NCBI GenBank assembly: GCA_910587805.1
Contig: CAJUNM010000002.1
Location: 1,857-65,856 of the forward strand
DNA: 64,000 bases
Reading direction: 5' to 3'
Source: an uncultured Christensenellaceae bacterium
GTDB lineage: Bacteria; Bacillota; Clostridia; Christensenellales; Pumilibacteraceae
The position numbers and the translations under genes are program-made. Position 1 is the stretch's first letter, and each line of letters begins with the position of its first letter. The notes below the pieces were generated by a model. The model saw only the letters and a list, made by a program, of their open reading frames with translations, was not told the origin of the DNA and made no database searches. This document shows, piece after piece, positions 9,088 to 18,357 of the stretch.

Positions 9088-9972
9088 ATGTCATTCGAGA
9101 ACGACCCCCAAAATCAACCTACGGCAGAAGGCGAGCGCGTCAAGGGCTTTTTCAAACGCTTATGGAACTACATCAAAGCCGCCAAAATGGAGCTTATCGT
9201 TTTGGCGAGCTTTTTTGCCGTAGATCTGATTTCCAAAGCGCTCGTTGCGGCGTTCATGGACGTCGGGCAAACGGTTGTGATCATTCCTTACGTATTGAGC
9301 TTTACTTACAGCCTCAATAAAAACGCCGCATTCGGGTCTACGTGGCTCACGGGCTGGATGAGCGCCATCGGCGCGCGCATTGCGTTCAGCATATTCGCGG
9401 TGGCGGCGTCGGCGGTATTTATGATCATACTCGTGCGAAACAAGGGGGGAAATCGCGTGTACAGAGCGGGGCTTGCCATGCTTATCGCGGGCGCGCTCGG
9501 CAATTGCGTAGACCGTATGTTCCTCGGGTTTGTCCGTGACTTTGTGGATATGCAACTTTTCACGCTCATGACGGGCGGTTGGTGGACTTACATATTCAAT
9601 ATCGCCGATTGCGCGCTAGTAGTCGGCGTAGTGTTGGTCATAGTGTATTTTATATTTTTGTACGACACGGAAGGCAGAAAGGCGCGCAAAGCGGCTAAGC
9701 TCGCCGCCAAAAACGGCGTTGTCGTCGACGATAGTGCGGTAACCGCAAATGTCGCAAATCCGGAAAATATCGGCATTGAAAATGCCGAGCCGAACGAATC
9801 CGAGGTAAATACCGAAACTTCGGAAACTCTCGAAAAAGACGAAAAATACGAAAAAGACAAAATCACGGAAAACGGCGCAGCCGACGAAATAGCGGAAACA
9901 CCGAACATAACCGATGCGGAAAACGCCGCCGACGGTGACATAGAAAAAGATGATACGGAGGGCGGTGCGTGA
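9088..9972 (+). CDS. lspA: Lipoprotein signal peptidase II with acidic C-terminal extension
   Basis: Motifs NKNAAFGS, GALGNCVDR, VRDFVD, FNIADCALVVG. Four TM segments. Confidence 0.9.
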   Translation: MSFENDPQNQPTAEGERVKGFFKRLWNYIKAAKMELIVLASFFAVDLISKALVAAFMDVGQTVVIIPYVLSFTYSLNKNAAFGSTWLTGWMSAIGARIAFSIFAVAASAVFMIILVRNKGGNRVYRAGLAMLIAGALGNCVDRMFLGFVRDFVDMQLFTLMTGGWWTYIFNIADCALVVGVVLVIVYFIFLYDTEGRKARKAAKLAAKNGVVVDDSAVTANVANPENIGIENAEPNESEVNTETSETLEKDEKYEKDKITENGAADEIAETPNITDAENAADGDIEKDDTEGGA

Positions 9973-10877
9973 CGGCGATATACTGCACGGAAGGCGGCGC
10001 GCGGCTCGACGTATTTTTGACTGACGAGACCGAGCTTACGCGCTCGCACATAAAGCGTCTCATCGACGGCGGCAGAGTGACGGTAAACGGTTCGGCGGCG
10101 GTCAAGTCCGGGCAAAAGGTCATGCTCGGCGACGAGGTTCGTTTCGAGGACGAGTGTTCGGCGGACGACGTACAGCCGCAAAACATTGCGCTCGACGTCG
10201 TGTATGAAGACGACGATATTGCGGTTATAAACAAGCAGCGCGGGTTGGTAGTTCATCCGGGCGCCGGCAATCGCGACGGTACGCTCGTGAACGCGCTCAA
10301 GTACCGTTACGGCGAGAGTTTGTCGGTTACGGGCGGCGCGGCGCGCGCGGGGATCGTGCACAGGCTGGACAAAGATACTACGGGGTTGATAGTGATCGCG
10401 CGTAACGACGCGGCGCACGTTGCGCTGTGCAAGCAGTTTGCCGAGCGCACCGTAAAGAAGTTGTACCGCGCTATTGTAGACGGTAATTTCCGCGAGGACA
10501 AGTTCACGGTCGACGCGCCGATAGGCAGAGACAGACGCAACAGACTTAAAATGACGGTCACGCCCGACGGCAGACATGCCGTAACGAAAGCCGAAGTGCT
10601 CGAACGGTTCAAGAATAATTGCTACGCGCAGTTCGAGCTGTGTACGGGGCGCACGCATCAAATACGCGTGCATTGCGCGCACTTGCACCATCCGGTGAGT
10701 TGCGACGGAGTATACGGCGGAAGCATGCGGCTCAAGGCGAGCGGACAGCTGTTGCACTCGGCGCACCTCGAACTCGATCATCCGACGCGCGGTACGCGCA
10801 TGAGTTTCGACGCGCCCGAGCCGGACGATTTTTTGCGGGCGAAGGATATTTTGTATAAAGAAAAGGAGAGTGTATGA
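9969..10877 (+). CDS. rluD: RluA/RluD-family 23S rRNA pseudouridine synthase
   Basis: N-terminal S4-like domain and catalytic HRLDKDTTGLIVIARN. GTG start overlaps the lspA stop (GTGA). Confidence 0.9.
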   Translation: MTAIYCTEGGARLDVFLTDETELTRSHIKRLIDGGRVTVNGSAAVKSGQKVMLGDEVRFEDECSADDVQPQNIALDVVYEDDDIAVINKQRGLVVHPGAGNRDGTLVNALKYRYGESLSVTGGAARAGIVHRLDKDTTGLIVIARNDAAHVALCKQFAERTVKKLYRAIVDGNFREDKFTVDAPIGRDRRNRLKMTVTPDGRHAVTKAEVLERFKNNCYAQFELCTGRTHQIRVHCAHLHHPVSCDGVYGGSMRLKASGQLLHSAHLELDHPTRGTRMSFDAPEPDDFLRAKDILYKEKESV

Positions 10878-11791
10878 AGCGAAAGGACATACTCGGCATA
10901 AAGGACTTGTCCAAGTCCGAAATTACCGAGATATTGCAAACTGCTAACGGATTTCGTTCTGTTATAGACGGCAAAGAACGCCGCACGCATCTATCGGGCA
11001 AAAATGTGGCGACGCTGTTTTACGAAAACTCGACGCGCACGCGCAATTCGTTCGATATAGCGGCAAAGACGCTCGGCGCGTCAACTACGGGCATAACGGC
11101 GTCAACGTCGTCGGTGCAAAAGGGCGAATCGCTCATAGACACGGGTAAAACGCTCGATTCGCTCGGCATCGACGCGATAGTGATACGTCATCCCGTCGGC
11201 GGCGCGCCGCGCTTGCTTGCGGACAACGTAAAAGCTTCGGTGATAAACGCGGGCGACGGCATGAACGAGCACCCGTCGCAGGCGTTGCTCGACGCGCTCA
11301 CGGCGCAGCGGCATTTCGGCGATCTGTCGGGGCTTAAGCTCGTAATAGTCGGCGACATAAAACATTCGCGCGTGGCGCGCAGCGATGCGCTTGTGTTCAC
11401 GCGGCTCGGCGCGTCGGTCACTGTCTGCGGACCGTATACGCTGATTCCCGACGGTATCGAGAGCTTCGGAGTGACGGTAGATACCGACCTCGAAAACGCG
11501 GTCGCCGGTGCGAATATAATCATGCCGCTGCGGTTGCAGACAGAGCGCATGAACCAAGCGTATATTCCGTCCGTCGAGGAGTTCCACATGTATTACGGGG
11601 TCGGTCTCAAGCATCTGGCTATGGCGGCGGACGACGCGGTAGTAATGCACCCCGCTCCAATAAACCGCGGCGCGGAAATCTCGGGCGACGTTGCCGATTG
11701 CGACAGATCGCTCATACAGGAACAAGTCAAGAACGGCGTTGCCGTGCGCATGGCGATGCTGTATTTACTCTTGCAAGGCGGTGCGAAATGA
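10874..11791 (+). CDS. pyrB: Aspartate carbamoyltransferase catalytic subunit
   Basis: Motifs STRTRNSF, HPSQALLD, HPAPINRG. ATGA overlap with the rluD stop. Confidence 0.95.
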   Translation: MKRKDILGIKDLSKSEITEILQTANGFRSVIDGKERRTHLSGKNVATLFYENSTRTRNSFDIAAKTLGASTTGITASTSSVQKGESLIDTGKTLDSLGIDAIVIRHPVGGAPRLLADNVKASVINAGDGMNEHPSQALLDALTAQRHFGDLSGLKLVIVGDIKHSRVARSDALVFTRLGASVTVCGPYTLIPDGIESFGVTVDTDLENAVAGANIIMPLRLQTERMNQAYIPSVEEFHMYYGVGLKHLAMAADDAVVMHPAPINRGAEISGDVADCDRSLIQEQVKNGVAVRMAMLYLLLQGGAK

Positions 11792-13050
11792 TACTTCTCA
11801 AGAATGCGACCGTTGTCAATCACGACGGGATAAAAAAGTACGACGTGTTGATCGACGGCGATATAATATCCAAGCTCGGTGAAAATCTCGACGCGCTCGG
11901 CGCGGAAACGATAGATTGCGAAGGCAAGCTCCTTTTTCCGGGGTTTATAGACATGCACTGTCATCTGCGCGAACCGGGGCAAACGCATAAGGAGGATATA
12001 GCGTCGGGTACGGCAGCGGCTGTCAGCGGCGGATATACGGCGGTATGCTGTATGCCCAATACGACGCCGCCCATAGATAACGCCGCGCTCGTCAAGTACG
12101 TGCGCGAACGTTCGGCGGCTTGCGGTAATGCGGAGGCGTATCCCATAGGCGCGATAACGGTCGGGCAGGGCGGAAAAACGCTTTGCGAGTTCGGCGCAAT
12201 GAAAGCGGCGGGCGCGGTGGCGGTGTCCGACGACGGCTTGCCCGTCGGCGACGGCGCAGTCATGCTCAACGCGTTGCGGTACGCCAAAACGTTCGATATG
12301 CTTGTGATCTCGCACAGCGAGGATAAAAGCCTGAGCGCGGGCGGCGTGGTCAACGAGGGAGAGAACGCCACTGCTGCGGGCTTGCGCGGCATACCGTCGG
12401 CGGCGGAAAGCGCGGCGGTCGCACGCGACGTTTTACTCGCGGAGCAAACGGGTGCGCGCATTCACATAGCGCACGTGTCTACCGCCAATTCTATAGATAT
12501 TATCCGTGCGGCGAAAAAGCGCGGGGTAAAGGTCACTTGCGAAACGTGCCCGCATTATTTTTCGGCGACCGACGACGAAATACTCTCGTACAATACGAAT
12601 GCGAAAATAAACCCGCCGTTGCGTTCGCAGAGCGACGTCGACGCAGTAATAGAAGGGCTTGCAGACGGAACGATCGACGTTATCGCGACCGATCACGCTC
12701 CGCACGGCGCGGACGAAAAGAACAAGGAGTTCGACTATGCGCCGTTCGGTACCGTCGGATTGGAAACGGCGTTTTCGCTCGCGTACACCGAGCTTGTGCG
12801 CAACGAAAAAATCGAACTTACGGAACTGTGCAAGCTCATGAGCTACAATCCCGCCAAAATATTAGGACTTGACGGCGGAGTGATACGTGCGGGCGTCCGC
12901 GCCGATATAACGCTCGTAAACCCCGACGACGAACTTACCGTGGACGCGTCGCTGTTCCGTTCCAAAGGCAAAAACAGTCTGTTCGACGGTTGGCGGCTCA
13001 TGGGGCGCATAGAAAAAGTATTCGTCGGCGGCGAGGAAAAGATTATATAA
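11788..13050 (+). CDS. pyrC: Dihydroorotase
   Basis: Motif DMHCHLREPG and a metal-binding His/Asp pattern. ATG 11788 overlaps the pyrB stop. The upstream part of the listed ORF (11698) is pyrB read out of frame. Confidence 0.95.
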   Translation: MILLKNATVVNHDGIKKYDVLIDGDIISKLGENLDALGAETIDCEGKLLFPGFIDMHCHLREPGQTHKEDIASGTAAAVSGGYTAVCCMPNTTPPIDNAALVKYVRERSAACGNAEAYPIGAITVGQGGKTLCEFGAMKAAGAVAVSDDGLPVGDGAVMLNALRYAKTFDMLVISHSEDKSLSAGGVVNEGENATAAGLRGIPSAAESAAVARDVLLAEQTGARIHIAHVSTANSIDIIRAAKKRGVKVTCETCPHYFSATDDEILSYNTNAKINPPLRSQSDVDAVIEGLADGTIDVIATDHAPHGADEKNKEFDYAPFGTVGLETAFSLAYTELVRNEKIELTELCKLMSYNPAKILGLDGGVIRAGVRADITLVNPDDELTVDASLFRSKGKNSLFDGWRLMGRIEKVFVGGEEKII

Positions 13051-13068
13051 TTCGTGTGACGTAATTAT

Positions 13069-13126
13069 AGCCGCGCCGCGGCATTAAAATCGAGATTTCT
13101 CGATACGTAAAAATGCTCGGAATGCC
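13069..13126 (+). repeat. Dispersed intergenic repeat, copy a (hairpin-ATTAAA...TCGATACG...GCTCGGAAT)
   Basis: AGCCGCGCCGCGGCATTAAAATCGAGATTTCTCGATACGTAAAAATGCTCGGAATGCC. Closely matches copy e at 46653. Confidence 0.7.
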
Positions 13127-13263
13127 ATATAGACCCAAGCAAGGCGGTTAAGCGACGGCGAGATCGGATGAGGCAAGCGAAGCGATTGCGCTTGCTCGTA
13201 ATAATATAAAAAAATTCACCCAATCAATCAAAAATCAGCCTATGGCTGTAACTCGGAGATGAA

Positions 13264-14148
13264 ATGAAAAATATAACGGATAAACTAATCGAAAAGATAG
13301 ACAAAACGGGCAACCCTACGGTAGCGGGGCTTGATACGCGTATAGAGTATCTGCCCGAGGCTATGCGCGCGGTCGCAAAGACGGGCGAGGACGTTAGCAA
13401 AGCGCTCGTCGAATATAACTGCAAGCTCATAGACTCGCTCAAGGATATAGTGCCCGCAGTCAAGATACAGTCCGCGTACTACGAGATGTACGCGCATTAC
13501 GGCATTTACGCGCTGTATACTACGGCTGCGTATGCCATGAGCCAAGGCATGATGGTTATGGCGGACGTGAAGCGCAACGATATAGGCTCGACCGCCGAGG
13601 CTTATGCGGCGGCGTATCTGGGTGCGACGGGGTTCGATTATGTGACTGTAAACCCGTACTTGGGCTACGACGGTATCAAGCCTTTCACGGATAAGTGCCG
13701 CGAAAACAACAAGGGCATATTCGTGCTCGCGCGCACGTCCAATCCGTCGTCTGCGCAGTTGCAGTTGTTAAAGACCGAGAGCGGCGAGTTGTTATACGAG
13801 CGCGTCGGCGATCTGATCGCCGAATGGGGCGCGGATCAGATAGGCGAGCATGGCTACAGCTCGGTAGGCGCGGTAGTCGGCGCGACTCATCCCGACGAGG
13901 CGCGCGCGCTTCGCAAGCGTTGCAAGTCGGTGTTTTTCCTCGTGCCCGGTTACGGCGCGCAAGGCGGCAAAGGCAAGGATGCGGCGGCGTCGTTCGACGA
14001 GAACGGCGGCGGCGCGATAGTAAATAATTCGCGCGGAATTATCGCGGCGCATATGAACGACAAATACAAGGGTATGAGCTATTTCGCCGCGGCGCGAGCC
14101 GCTGCCGAGGATATGCGCGACGATCTGCGCAAGGCGTTGAATAAATAA
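13264..14148 (+). CDS. pyrF: Orotidine 5'-phosphate decarboxylase (long type 2)
   Basis: Motifs VAGLD, KIQSAYYE, DVKRNDIGSTAEAYA. Length about 294 aa. Confidence 0.9.
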   Translation: MKNITDKLIEKIDKTGNPTVAGLDTRIEYLPEAMRAVAKTGEDVSKALVEYNCKLIDSLKDIVPAVKIQSAYYEMYAHYGIYALYTTAAYAMSQGMMVMADVKRNDIGSTAEAYAAAYLGATGFDYVTVNPYLGYDGIKPFTDKCRENNKGIFVLARTSNPSSAQLQLLKTESGELLYERVGDLIAEWGADQIGEHGYSSVGAVVGATHPDEARALRKRCKSVFFLVPGYGAQGGKGKDAAASFDENGGGAIVNNSRGIIAAHMNDKYKGMSYFAAARAAAEDMRDDLRKALNK

Positions 14149-14168
14149 ATCGAAAGAGAGAAACACGA

Positions 14169-14927
14169 ATGAAAGCTATAAAAGCCAATCTTACCGTAAC
14201 CAAGCTGACGCGCTTTGCGGGCGACGTTTACCGCGTAGAGTGCGCGTCCGACGACAGTCTGCCGCAAATTTCCGCAGGACAGTTCGCGCATATAAAAGTG
14301 CCGAACAAGGATCTGCGCCGACCTATATGCGTGTACGACAATACCGAAAACTCCGTCACGTTTATAATAGCGCAAAAGGGCGAAGGAACTCGATCGTTCG
14401 TCGAGCGCGGCGAAGGCGCGCGTTTCGACGCGCTGTTGCCGCTCGGCAACGGCTTTCCGATCATGCCGGATATAACCAACGTCGCGGTGATCGGCGGTTG
14501 GACCGGTTGCGCGCCGCTCTTGAAGATAGCCAAGGATAATCCGTGGATAAACTGTACGGCGTTGCTCGGCTTTCCCAATGCGGAAACAGCAAAGGTCTAC
14601 GGCGACGACTTCGACAGATATTGCAAGCGCGTGTGCTATTGCACCGACGACGGGAGCTTGGGGTATCACGGATACCCGACGGATATTTTGACCGAGATCG
14701 CGCCCGAGGTGGTGTACGTGTGCGGCGCAATGGGCATGGTCAAAACGGTCAAGGAATTCTGCGCGGCGCGCGGCACGCTCGGGTTTGCGAGCATGGAGCA
14801 GCGTATGGGCTGCGGAGTGGGCGCATGCTTGGTGTGTTCGGTAAAGATAGAGCGCGACGGCAAGATAATAAACGCACGCGCGTGCGCCGACGGACCGGTG
14901 TTCCCGATTAAAGAAATAGTGGTATAG
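14169..14927 (+). CDS. pyrK: Dihydroorotate dehydrogenase B electron-transfer (FAD/2Fe-2S) subunit
   Basis: C-terminal Cys cluster CGVGACLVCSV...C. Lies directly upstream of pyrD. Confidence 0.9.
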   Translation: MKAIKANLTVTKLTRFAGDVYRVECASDDSLPQISAGQFAHIKVPNKDLRRPICVYDNTENSVTFIIAQKGEGTRSFVERGEGARFDALLPLGNGFPIMPDITNVAVIGGWTGCAPLLKIAKDNPWINCTALLGFPNAETAKVYGDDFDRYCKRVCYCTDDGSLGYHGYPTDILTEIAPEVVYVCGAMGMVKTVKEFCAARGTLGFASMEQRMGCGVGACLVCSVKIERDGKIINARACADGPVFPIKEIVV

Positions 14928-14937
14928 GGTGGCGAGC

Positions 14938-15849
14938 ATGGTAAACTTAAAAACAACGGTTGCGGGTGTGGAATTCAAAAACCCGATAATAGCCGCATCT
15001 GGCACTTTCGGGTTCGGACGCGAGTACAATTCGTTTTACGACGTAGGGATGTTGGGCGGCATTTGCAGTAAAGGTCTTACGCTCGAGCCGAGACAGGGCA
15101 ACGATCCCGTGCGTATAGCCGAAACCCCGTCGGGCATGCTCAACAGCGTGGGCTTGCAAAACCCCGGCGTCATGCACTTTATCGAAGAAGAACTGCCGTT
15201 TATGAAGTCTCTCGGCACGGTGGTAATAGCCAATGCCGCAGGTTCTACCGAAAGCGACTATGTAAAAATAGTCGGCATTTTGAGCGACAGCGACGTAGAT
15301 ATGATAGAACTGAATATCTCGTGCCCTAACGTCAAGTGCGGCGGCATGGCGTTCGGAGTACTTCCCGACGGAGTGTACGAGATAACGCACGCGGTACGCA
15401 AAGCATGCAAAAAACCGCTCATAATAAAACTGACGCCGAATGTGGCAAATATAGTCGATAACGCGCTCGCCGCGCAAAGGGGCGGCGCGGATGCGGTAAG
15501 TCTTATCAATACCGTAGTGGCTATGGCGGTGGATTTCAAGCGCAGAAAGCCCGTGCTTGCGGCAAAAAGCGGCGGGCTTTCCGGTCCGTGCGTAAAGCCC
15601 ATAGCCCTGCGCATGGTGCACGAATGTTATAAAGCGCTCGATATTCCGATCATAGGCATGGGCGGGATCATGACGGGCACTGACGTAGGCGAGTTCATGC
15701 TTTGCGGCGCAGCCGCCGTCGAAGTGGGAACGGCAAATATTTTCGATCCGTATGCGGGCGAGAGAATAGTAAATGAGTTGACAAAACTCTGCGAATGTGA
15801 TAATATAACCGATGTAAGCTCGATTATCGGAGGACTTAAAGTTGAATAA
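14938..15849 (+). CDS. pyrD: Dihydroorotate dehydrogenase B catalytic subunit
   Basis: Motifs ASGTFGFG, NSVGLQNPG, ELNISCPNV. Start is ATG 14938, or alternatively GTG 14929. Confidence 0.9.
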   Translation: MVNLKTTVAGVEFKNPIIAASGTFGFGREYNSFYDVGMLGGICSKGLTLEPRQGNDPVRIAETPSGMLNSVGLQNPGVMHFIEEELPFMKSLGTVVIANAAGSTESDYVKIVGILSDSDVDMIELNISCPNVKCGGMAFGVLPDGVYEITHAVRKACKKPLIIKLTPNVANIVDNALAAQRGGADAVSLINTVVAMAVDFKRRKPVLAAKSGGLSGPCVKPIALRMVHECYKALDIPIIGMGGIMTGTDVGEFMLCGAAAVEVGTANIFDPYAGERIVNELTKLCECDNITDVSSIIGGLKVE

Positions 15850-16414
15850 AGTAATGGAATTGTTTGAAAAGTCGGGCGCAGTGCTTCACGGACACTTCGT
15901 TTTGACTTCGGGACTTCACTCCGATACATATATGCAGTGCGCCAAGCTCTTCGAGCACGGCGATATTTCACAGGAGCTTTGCGCCATGGCAGCCGAAAAA
16001 CTCAAGCGCTACAACGCCGACGTCGTTGTTTCGCCTGCGGTCGGCGCGATCATTTTCGGTTACGAACTCGGCAAAACGATGGGACTTCCCAATATGTTCG
16101 CCGAACGCGAAAAGGACGGCAAGTTCGCGTTGCGCCGCGGTTTCGAGCTTAAAGCCGGCAGCCGAGTTATAATTGCGGAAAACGTAGTCACCACTGGCGG
16201 ATCGGTCAAGGAAGTTATCGACCTTGTGCGCGAACTCGGCTCGGATGTTGTGGCGGTCGCCGAGGTTGTGGATCGCAGCGGCGGCAAAGTCGATTTCGGC
16301 GTACCCAATGAGTCGCTCTTGCAGATAGAAGTCAAAACGTACGATCCCGCCGAATGCCCGTTGTGCAAAGCGGGAACGCCTGCGGTAAAACCCGGGTCGA
16401 AAGGACTTAAGTAA
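15842..16414 (+). CDS. pyrE: Orotate phosphoribosyltransferase
   Basis: HFVLTSGLHSDTYMQ and PRPP loop IIAENVVTTGGS. Start is TTG 15842 (GGAGGA RBS 15829-15834), or alternatively ATG 15854. Confidence 0.9.
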   Translation: MNKVMELFEKSGAVLHGHFVLTSGLHSDTYMQCAKLFEHGDISQELCAMAAEKLKRYNADVVVSPAVGAIIFGYELGKTMGLPNMFAEREKDGKFALRRGFELKAGSRVIIAENVVTTGGSVKEVIDLVRELGSDVVAVAEVVDRSGGKVDFGVPNESLLQIEVKTYDPAECPLCKAGTPAVKPGSKGLK

Positions 16415-16465
16415 ACATTTTCTGTTTGATGCGAATATAAAAAAACCGAGGAGGTAATAATCACT

Positions 16466-16792
16466 ATGGCAAAGAGAGTAAGAAGAACTTATACTTATAC
16501 GGCGCGCTCGTGGATGTTCGAGCTGTCGTTTTGGGTGGTCGTGTTCATCGGCGCGGCGTTGGCTGTAGCCGGTATCATAAACACTATCGCCACGTATACG
16601 TCGCTCGATATGGGCTGGGCGAAAACGGTGTGCAATTGGGTCAAGCAAGTGTGCGTCGCGCTCGGCATGATAGTGCCCGTCGTCATGTCGTATCAAGTGG
16701 CGCGTCAAAAGAGCAAGACATGGTTCATACTTTGGATAGTATTCGTAGTATTGGTAGTAGTCGGCGTTGTCCTTTCGGGACTCGGCATGTAA
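16466..16792 (+). CDS. Small hypothetical membrane protein (3 predicted TM)
   Basis: GAGGAGG RBS precedes the ATG. Hydrophobic segments. No recognisable family. Confidence 0.55.
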   Translation: MAKRVRRTYTYTARSWMFELSFWVVVFIGAALAVAGIINTIATYTSLDMGWAKTVCNWVKQVCVALGMIVPVVMSYQVARQKSKTWFILWIVFVVLVVVGVVLSGLGM

Positions 16793-16814
16793 AATAATTT
16801 CGGGATCGGTTAAA

Positions 16815-17138
16815 ATGGAACGTACTCGCAAAAAGAAAAGCAACATATTCGTAAGATATTTCACTCCGTTCGGACTTAAGCAGGTGTGCGATTTTACCAT
16901 GGTGATAGGCTTTATATTGCTTATCGTCGGATTGTGCACCGTGGAAGGCGTGCTGCTCGCCGGTTTTATAACCTACGCGGTCGGCTCGGCTATGTCAATG
17001 GGGCTGTGCATTAAAACGCTTGTAAAAGTGACGAATAAGCGCGATCCCGAAAGAAAGTCGGCAATCGTAAACGTTTCGATAATGAGCGTGCTCTTTGCGC
17101 TCGCATTGTTCGGCATTATCTGGACGTGCGTAGCATAA
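16815..17138 (+). CDS. Small hypothetical membrane protein
   Basis: Internal ATG 16815 (MERTRKKK) chosen. Basic N-terminus followed by TM helices. Followed by a strong terminator. Confidence 0.5.
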   Translation: MERTRKKKSNIFVRYFTPFGLKQVCDFTMVIGFILLIVGLCTVEGVLLAGFITYAVGSAMSMGLCIKTLVKVTNKRDPERKSAIVNVSIMSVLFALALFGIIWTCVA

Positions 17139-17207
17139 GGTCGAACGACGTTTTGCGAGTTTGCCGCAACAGTGCGCTTGATTGCAAATTATCTATACGT
17201 AACATTT

Positions 17208-17235
17208 TCCGCGCATGATCTGCGCGGATTTTTTT
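17208..17235 (+). terminator. Rho-independent terminator
   Basis: Stem TCCGCGCA / TGCGCGGA, loop TGATC, then T7. Confidence 0.8.
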
Positions 17236-17254
17236 AGAAAATCGGTTTAATATA

Positions 17255-17968
17255 ATGGTAAAAAAATATAAAAAAGACGGAAATACATCGTACGCGCTCG
17301 GCGCGACCGTAACGATAGAATTGTTGAAACGCCGCCCCGAGCTTGCGCGAGCGGTATATATATCGCCGCGTTCAGATATTGCGGCGGCGACCGAGCTTGC
17401 TAATAAGCTCGGCGTGCGCACCGAAACGAGCGAAAAGCCGTTTAATATTCTAAGTCCCAAAGGCAATTGTTTCGTGATAGGCGAGTTCGATAAGTTCGCA
17501 TCGCCGATAAATTCGGATAAGCATCATATCGTGCTCGTCAATCCGTCGGACAGCGGAAACCTCGGTACGATCATGCGCGACGTTGCGGCGTTCGATTGCG
17601 CGGAGCTTGCGATAATAAAACCCGCAGTCGACCCGTTCGATCCGAAAACTATAAGAGCGAGTATGGGCGCGCTGTTCAATATAAACTTCGAGTTGTTCGA
17701 CAGCTTTGACGAGTATTTGAAAACGCGCGGCGCAGTGCATAACGTAATGCCGTTCATGCTCGCCCGAAACGGAAAAAAATTCGGCGATACGAGATTTGCC
17801 GCGAATGAAAAATACTCGCTCGTATTCGGTAACGAAGCAACGGGGCTTGATAAAATGTTTGAAAAATACGGCGCGGTAATGATAGAACAATCCGAAAAAG
17901 CGGACAGCCTGAATCTGTCCACAGCCGTCGCCGTGGCTATGTATAAATTGATGCAAACTGAAAACTAA
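17255..17968 (+). CDS. TrmH/SpoU-family RNA 2'-O-methyltransferase
   Basis: SpoU motifs NLGTIMRDVAAF, LVFGNEATGL, SLNLSTAVAVAMY. Confidence 0.85.
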   Translation: MVKKYKKDGNTSYALGATVTIELLKRRPELARAVYISPRSDIAAATELANKLGVRTETSEKPFNILSPKGNCFVIGEFDKFASPINSDKHHIVLVNPSDSGNLGTIMRDVAAFDCAELAIIKPAVDPFDPKTIRASMGALFNINFELFDSFDEYLKTRGAVHNVMPFMLARNGKKFGDTRFAANEKYSLVFGNEATGLDKMFEKYGAVMIEQSEKADSLNLSTAVAVAMYKLMQTEN

Positions 17969-18033
17969 GGATAATAGCGTCTATCGTGCATTAAGCAATT
18001 GTTCTTCATAGTTGTTCGTTTTCAAAATCTGCG

Positions 18034-18192
18034 TCACCAATCCTCTTTTATGTATCGCGACGGCTGTTTAACGTCGTCGTAAAACTCGTCGTACGCCTGT
18101 TTGCTCGACTTTTTGCGCGAGTCGAAATCCTCTTGTTCGTATGCGTCCTCGTCGGACAGCTCGGATAATCTCATAAGCTCGTAATCGGTCAT
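18034..18192 (-). CDS. Small acidic hypothetical protein (52 aa)
   Basis: The ORF continues to 18231, but its first ATG lies inside the -35 box of a consensus promoter. ATG at 18192 is 10 nt downstream of the -10 box. Confidence 0.45.
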   Translation of the reverse strand: MTDYELMRLSELSDEDAYEQEDFDSRKKSSKQAYDEFYDDVKQPSRYIKEDW

Positions 18193-18202
18193 ATCGCAGT
18201 CT

Positions 18203-18231
18203 ATTATAAAGCAAACGCGATGATTTGTCAA
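18203..18231 (-). promoter_or_regulatory. Consensus SigA promoter: TTGACA, 17 nt, TATAAT
   Basis: Minus-strand TTGACA at 18231-18226 and TATAAT at 18208-18203. Confidence 0.6.
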
Positions 18232-18301
18232 GTACTGCCGCCGCGATGTTTTGCGGCGCTACGGCGCAATTGCGGGCGTTAAATTAAATGACCGTCACAT
18301 A

Positions 18302-18330
18302 TTGACAAAATCGAGCGAATGTGGTAATAT
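18302..18330 (+). promoter_or_regulatory. SigA promoter: TTGACA, 17 nt, extended -10 TGgTAATAT
   Basis: TTGACA 18302-18307, TG at 18322-18323, TAATAT 18325-18330. Confidence 0.65.
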
Positions 18331-18357
18331 GTTTAATAGCGGACAGAGCCGCTGTTT

